Shown here one piece after another: positions 51,426-64,000 of a stretch of 64,000 nt of DNA. Origin of the DNA: an uncultured Alphaproteobacteria bacterium (GTDB lineage Bacteria; Pseudomonadota; Alphaproteobacteria; UBA6615). Both the position numbers and the translations under genes were made by a program. The stretch's first letter is position 1. Each line of letters starts with the position of its first letter. The stretch covers positions 1,048,668-1,112,667 of the forward strand of contig CALSNJ010000002.1 of NCBI GenBank assembly GCA_943787745.1, read 5' to 3'. The notes under the pieces are model-generated. The model was not told where the DNA came from and searched no databases. It saw nothing but the letters and a program-made list of their open reading frames with translations.

Positions 51426-52220
51426 TCAGTCCTTCGAATCCGTAGCTTCGGAATCGCCCTCAGGCGCTTCGTCAGGAGTTGCATCTTCGACCACAGCATC
51501 TTCAGCAGGCGCCGCATCAACCGCAGCTTCTTCCTCAGCCGGAGCGACATCGGAGGCTACCGTCGGGTAAGGCGCATCCTCGGGAAGCGTCTTCTTGATG
51601 GCATCGCGCACCAGCACGTATCCGCCCTTGGAGCCCGGGACTGCACCCTCGATCAGGATCAGCCCTTCGTCACCGTCGGTATTCACAACACGCAGGTTCT
51701 GGGTGGTCACCCGCTCTGCGCCCATGTGACCGGCCATTTTCTTGCCCTTGAACACCTTACCAGGGTCCTGACACTGACCGGTTGAACCGTGGCTTCGATG
51801 CGAAATCGAAACACCATGAGTTGCCCGAAGTCCGCTGAAGTTGTGACGCTTCATCGAACCGGCAAAACCCTTACCGATCGAAGTACCCGTCACGTCGACA
51901 TACTGCCCGGAGACAAAATGGTCGACCACAATGCGCGTACCGATATCGATAAGCGCATCTTCTGCGACACGGAATTCGACGATCTTGCGGCGCGGCTCCA
52001 CCTTGGCTTTGGCAAAGTGCCCCCGCATGGCCTTGCTGACACGCTTGGGCTTTGCGGCCCCGGTGCCGAGCTGCAGCGCGGTATATCCGTCGCGATCAAC
52101 TGTGCGCTGATCAACAACATCGCAGCCGTCGAGTTTGAGTACTGTAACTGGAATATGATTGCCCGTGTCATCAAAGACGCGGGTCATTCCCAGTTTCTGA
52201 GCTATGACGCCGGTTCGCAT
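51426..52220 (-). CDS. rplC: 50S ribosomal protein L3 with acidic C-terminal tail
   Basis: [32 protein letters not shown]. Confidence 0.98.
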   Translation of the reverse strand: MRTGVIAQKLGMTRVFDDTGNHIPVTVLKLDGCDVVDQRTVDRDGYTALQLGTGAAKPKRVSKAMRGHFAKAKVEPRRKIVEFRVAEDALIDIGTRIVVDHFVSGQYVDVTGTSIGKGFAGSMKRHNFSGLRATHGVSISHRSHGSTGQCQDPGKVFKGKKMAGHMGAERVTTQNLRVVNTDGDEGLILIEGAVPGSKGGYVLVRDAIKKTLPEDAPYPTVASDVAPAEEEAAVDAAPAEDAVVEDATPDEAPEGDSEATDSKD

Positions 52221-52229
52221 CTTGGCCTC

Positions 52230-52538
52230 TTACAGCTTGATTTCTACGTCGACGCCGGCCGCAAGATCGAGCTTCATAAGCGCGTCTACGGTTTGCGGGG
52301 TCGGGTCGATGATATCGAGCAGACGTTTGTGGGTGCGGATTTCAAACTGTTCACGCGCCTTCTTGTTCACATGAGGTGAACGAAGAACGGTGAACTTCTC
52401 AATACGCGTGGGTAGCGGGATTGGTCCGCGAACCTCGGCTCCGGTTCGTTTGGCAGTTCCCACGATCTCGCTCGCCGACTGATCGAGCACGCGATGATCG
52501 AAGGCTTTAAGCCTGATCCGAATATGTTGACTGTCCAT
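52230..52538 (-). CDS. rpsJ: 30S ribosomal protein S10
   Basis: [28 protein letters not shown]. Confidence 0.98.
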   Translation of the reverse strand: MDSQHIRIRLKAFDHRVLDQSASEIVGTAKRTGAEVRGPIPLPTRIEKFTVLRSPHVNKKAREQFEIRTHKRLLDIIDPTPQTVDALMKLDLAAGVDVEIKL

Positions 52539-52559
52539 TGCGGTATCCCGTCAAAGTGA

Positions 52560-52585
52560 ACGGCGGCCTCAGGTGAGACCGCCGT
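52560..52585 (-). terminator. Stem-loop between tuf and rpsJ (weak terminator, attenuator or processing site)
   Basis: Minus strand ACGGCGGTCTCA-CC-TGAGGCCGCCGT followed by TCACTTT. Confidence 0.5.
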
Positions 52586-52596
52586 ACGCAATTGTC

Positions 52597-53788
<1,192 letters not shown>

Positions 53789-53862
53789 AACCTGTTCTCC
53801 GTCTGATGCTGTCGCGCGACCAATCGGCGGCAGCAAATAATTCTGTGTATTTGGTTTGGCGG

Positions 53863-55943
53863 CTAAGCCATTTTCGAGACGACCTCTTCAGCAACTGCCT
53901 GCGGCACCTGCTCATAGTGATCGAAGACCATCGTGAAGGTCGCACGGCCCTGACTCATGGACCGCAACGTATTCACATATCCGAACATATTCGCCAGCGG
54001 GACCATGGCATTCACGACGCGGGCATTGCCGCGCGTATCCATCGAACCAACCTGACCACGGCGGCTGTTCAGATCACCAATAATGTCACCCATGTACTCT
54101 TCCGGGGTCACACACTTCGACTTTCATCACTGGCTCAAGAAGCCGCGGCGAACCTTTCTGCAAGGCCTCGCGGAATGCTGCACGTGACGCAATTTCAAAG
54201 GCCATCACCGAAGAGTCGACGTCATGCGACGCGCCGTCTACCAAGGTTGCCTTGAAATCGATAACCGGGAATCCGGCAATGCTGCCAGCGTCGCGGGCAG
54301 AATTGATACCCTTCTCAACGCCCGGAATGAACTCCCGCGGAACCGACCCGCCAAAAACACCACTTTCGAAATTCGAAACCCGAACCTGCTTCAAGCGGCT
54401 CAAATTCGATTTTCACCCGTGCAAACTGGCCTGAACCACCGGTCTGCTTCTTATGGGTGTAATCAATGGTGACAGCTTCGGTCATCTTCTCACGGTAAGC
54501 CACCTGCGGCGCACCGACATTGGCCTCAACCTTGAATTCACGCTTCATGCGATCCACAAGAATTTCCAGATGAAGCTCGCCCATCCCCTTAAGAATGGTC
54601 TGACCGCTTTCCTCATCACTCTGAACGCGGAACGAAGGATCTTCTGCGGCAAGACGCTGCAGGGCCTGACCCATTTTTTCCTGGTCAGCCTTTGTCTTCG
54701 GCTCAACGGCGATCTCAATGACCGGCTCCGGGAACTCCATGCGCTCAAGAACAACCGGATGAGCCGGGTCACAAAGCGTGTCACCCGTCGTCGTGGCCTT
54801 CATTCCTGCAAGAGCGACAATGTCTCCGGCACGAGCAACTTTGATATCTTCACGGTCATTGGCATGCATGAGAAGCATGCGACCCACGCGCTCACGGTTG
54901 TCCTTGACTGTGTTCAGCACGGACTGACCGGTTTCCACCGAACCCGAATAGACGCGCGCAAATGTCAGCGAGCCAACAAACGGATCGGTCATGATCTTGA
55001 AGGCAAGCGCAGCAAAAGGCTCATCGTCCGAACTTTCGCGCACAACTGCATTTTCAGTGCCCGGCTCAATACCGTTAATGGCAGGAACCTCAATGGGAGA
55101 CGGCAGGTAATCAACGACCGCATCAAGCAGTGGCTGAACACCCTTGTTCTTGAACGCCGAACCACACAGCACGGGCACGAGACTCAGGGACAAAGTCCCC
55201 TTGCGGATGCACTCCTTGAGGGTGGCCTCGTCGGGCTCCGTGCCATCAAGATAGGCTTCCATGGCCGCATCGTCATTCTCAACCGCAGCCTCAACCAGCT
55301 TTTCGCGCCATGCAGCAGCGTCAGCCGCCATGTCTTCGGGAATGTCGATATATTCGAATTCGGCACCGAGGTTTTCGTCCTTCCAGACAATCCCCTTCAT
55401 CATGACCAGATCCACAACGCCACGCAGTTCCGCCTCTGACCCGATGGGCAGCTGCAAGACAATCGGGTTTGCACCAAGGCGATCCACGATCATGTCAACG
55501 CAGTTGTAAAAATCAGCGCCGATACGGTCCATCTTGTTGACGAAACAGATACGCGGCACACCGTACTTGTCGGCCTGACGCCAAACCGTTTCAGATTGCG
55601 GCTCAACGCCGGCAACACTGTCAAACACAGCAACCGCGCCATCGAGAACACGCAACGAGCGCTCAACCTCAATGGTGAAATCCACATGGCCAGGCGTATC
55701 AATAATGTTGACGCGATGGTCTTTCCAGAACGCGGTGGTCGCAGCAGAGGTGATCGTGATCCCACGCTCCTGCTCCTGCTCCATCCAGTCCATTGTGGCC
55801 GCGCCATCATGAACTTCGCCGATCTTGTAGGAACGGCCCGTGTAATAGAGAACACGCTCGGTCGTGGTCGTCTTACCGGCGTCAATATGGGCCATAATGC
55901 CGATATTGCGGTACTTACTGATCGGTGTTTCGCGATTGGACAT
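53863..55943 (-). CDS. fusA: Elongation factor G, split by two +1 insertions (~54370, ~54112) as assembled
   Basis: [33 protein letters not shown] and TPEEYMGD blocks fall in successive frames. Removing 2 nt gives 692 aa. Confidence 0.95.
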
Positions 55944-55975
55944 GTCTAAATCTCTTCCGGGAGCTCTCTAAGCCA

Positions 55976-56446
55976 CTACCAACGATAATGGGAGAAAGCC
56001 TTATTGGCCTCCGCCATACGATGGGTGTCTTCACGCTTTTTCACAGCGTTGCCACGATTTTCAGCGGCATCCTGAACCTCGCGCGACAGGCGCTCTTCCA
56101 TGGTGTTCTCCGGACGACCGCGTGCCGCCTGGATCAGCCAACGGAATGCCAAAGCCTGTCCGCGATCGGAGCGAACCTCAACGGGCACCTGATAGGTGGC
56201 ACCACCAACACGACGCGACCGAACTTCAAGCTGCGGCTTGATGTTGTCGAGAGCCTCATGGAAGGTCCGAATAGGATCACCACCACGCTTGCTCGCGATA
56301 TCCTCGAACGCAGCGTAAACAATACGCTCTGCGGCCGATTTCTTACCGTGATACATAACGCTGTTGGTGAACTTGCTCACCACCAGATCACCGTATTTTG
56401 GATCCGGAAGCACTTCACGTTTTTCTGCGCGCCGACGACGGGACAT
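55976..56446 (-). CDS. rpsG: 30S ribosomal protein S7
   Basis: [32 protein letters not shown]. Confidence 0.98.
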   Translation of the reverse strand: MSRRRRAEKREVLPDPKYGDLVVSKFTNSVMYHGKKSAAERIVYAAFEDIASKRGGDPIRTFHEALDNIKPQLEVRSRRVGGATYQVPVEVRSDRGQALAFRWLIQAARGRPENTMEERLSREVQDAAENRGNAVKKREDTHRMAEANKAFSHYRW

Positions 56447-56461
56447 ATCTCTATTCCTCCG

Positions 56462-56833
56462 CTATTTGGGCCGCTTCGCGCCGTATTTCGAACGACGCTG
56501 GCGACGGTCAGACACACCCTGGGTATCGAGTACGCCGCGGATAATGTGATAACGAACACCGGGCAAATCCTTTACCCGGCCACCGCGGATCATCACCACG
56601 GAATGTTCCTGAAGATTGTGACCCTCACCCGGGATGTAGCTCGTCACTTCAAAGCCATTGGTCAGGCGCACACGTGCAACCTTTCGCAGGGCCGAGTTCG
56701 GCTTTTTCGGGGTGGTCGTGTAGACGCGGGTACACACACCGCGTTTTTGCGGACATGCTTCGAGCGCCGGAACCTTATTACGCTTGATCGGGGCCTTCCG
56801 GGGCTTACGGATCAGCTGATTAATCGTGGGCAT
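56462..56833 (-). CDS. rpsL: 30S ribosomal protein S12
   Basis: [27 protein letters not shown] at 56833. Confidence 0.98.
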   Translation of the reverse strand: MPTINQLIRKPRKAPIKRNKVPALEACPQKRGVCTRVYTTTPKKPNSALRKVARVRLTNGFEVTSYIPGEGHNLQEHSVVMIRGGRVKDLPGVRYHIIRGVLDTQGVSDRRQRRSKYGAKRPK

Positions 56834-57018
56834 ATTGCTTCCTTGATACGTCCCGTTATTCACGTTCGAACCAACTACACAAAGCAATAACGAGGCAGAC
56901 AACAGTCCTGCCCTGCGAGCTTTTTCGCTAACTCGTTGCGTGTGCGCATTTAATTCGTGATGCCTTAGGCTGTGTTTAGACTGCGCGCGTCTACTACCAA
57001 CCTAGTTAAGGCGCGCGG

Positions 57019-57047
57019 ATACTACTCACGGCCCCTATAGGCGTCAA
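57019..57047 (-). promoter_or_regulatory. Sigma70 promoter of str operon (rpsL)
   Basis: Minus strand TTGACG-N17-TAGTAT followed by GC-rich discriminator CCGCGCGCC. Confidence 0.75.
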
Positions 57048-57163
57048 CAGCCAAATCCGATAAATCATGCTGCGACGCAAAACAGTTTCAGAATTCTTAA
57101 TTTTCCATTTGTTTCAAAAGCTTACCGGGCCAACAAATGGATATTCAGGTACATTTTTTACCC

Positions 57164-57206
57164 AAAAATGAAATACGCCGTCCCAGCTTTCACCAGGACG
57201 GCGTAT
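57164..57206 (-). terminator. Intrinsic terminator after rpoC
   Basis: 11-bp stem ATACGCCGTCC/GGACGGCGTAT followed by TTCATTTTT on the minus strand. Confidence 0.8.
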
Positions 57207-57231
57207 CCATCATGAGATATCTCCGAAAAGA

Positions 57232-64000
<6,769 letters not shown>

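Noticed and set aside
56462..56833. Streptomycin-resistance alleles in rpsL
   Set aside because: The PKKPNS and RVKDLP motifs are wild type.

Overview
This is core chromosome of a GC-rich alphaproteobacterium (Rhodospirillales-like gene order, inferred). The left part (1-31 kb) carries housekeeping, envelope and metabolic genes: glnE (partial), bcp, DUF455, EamA, prfB with its programmed +1 frameshift, PBP1A, amiC, rne, an aminotransferase, a GGT-like lipoprotein, a BepA-like M48 protease, DsbA, maiA, an S9 peptidase, mgtE, maeB, lipB, acyP, and pccA/pccB split by an opposite-strand adenylate cyclase + methyltransferase pair. From about 28.7 kb to the end everything is on the minus strand: rpoB (partial)-rpoC-str-S10-spc-secY-adk-alpha-rplQ, then degQ-rarA-crcB-rluC-asmA-atp12-pccB. 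I found no tRNA, rRNA, CRISPR array, IS or prophage, and no clearly novel multi-gene system. The best leads are: (1) an AsmA-family protein lengthened by six tandem ~72-aa modules; (2) a GGT-fold lipoprotein lacking the catalytic Thr, head-to-head with bepA-dsbA; (3) the cyclase-methyltransferase cassette; (4) three +1 insertions in fusA and tuf, each made of two synonymous wobble bases side by side, most likely a consensus artefact; (5) a ~50-aa insertion in RpoC.
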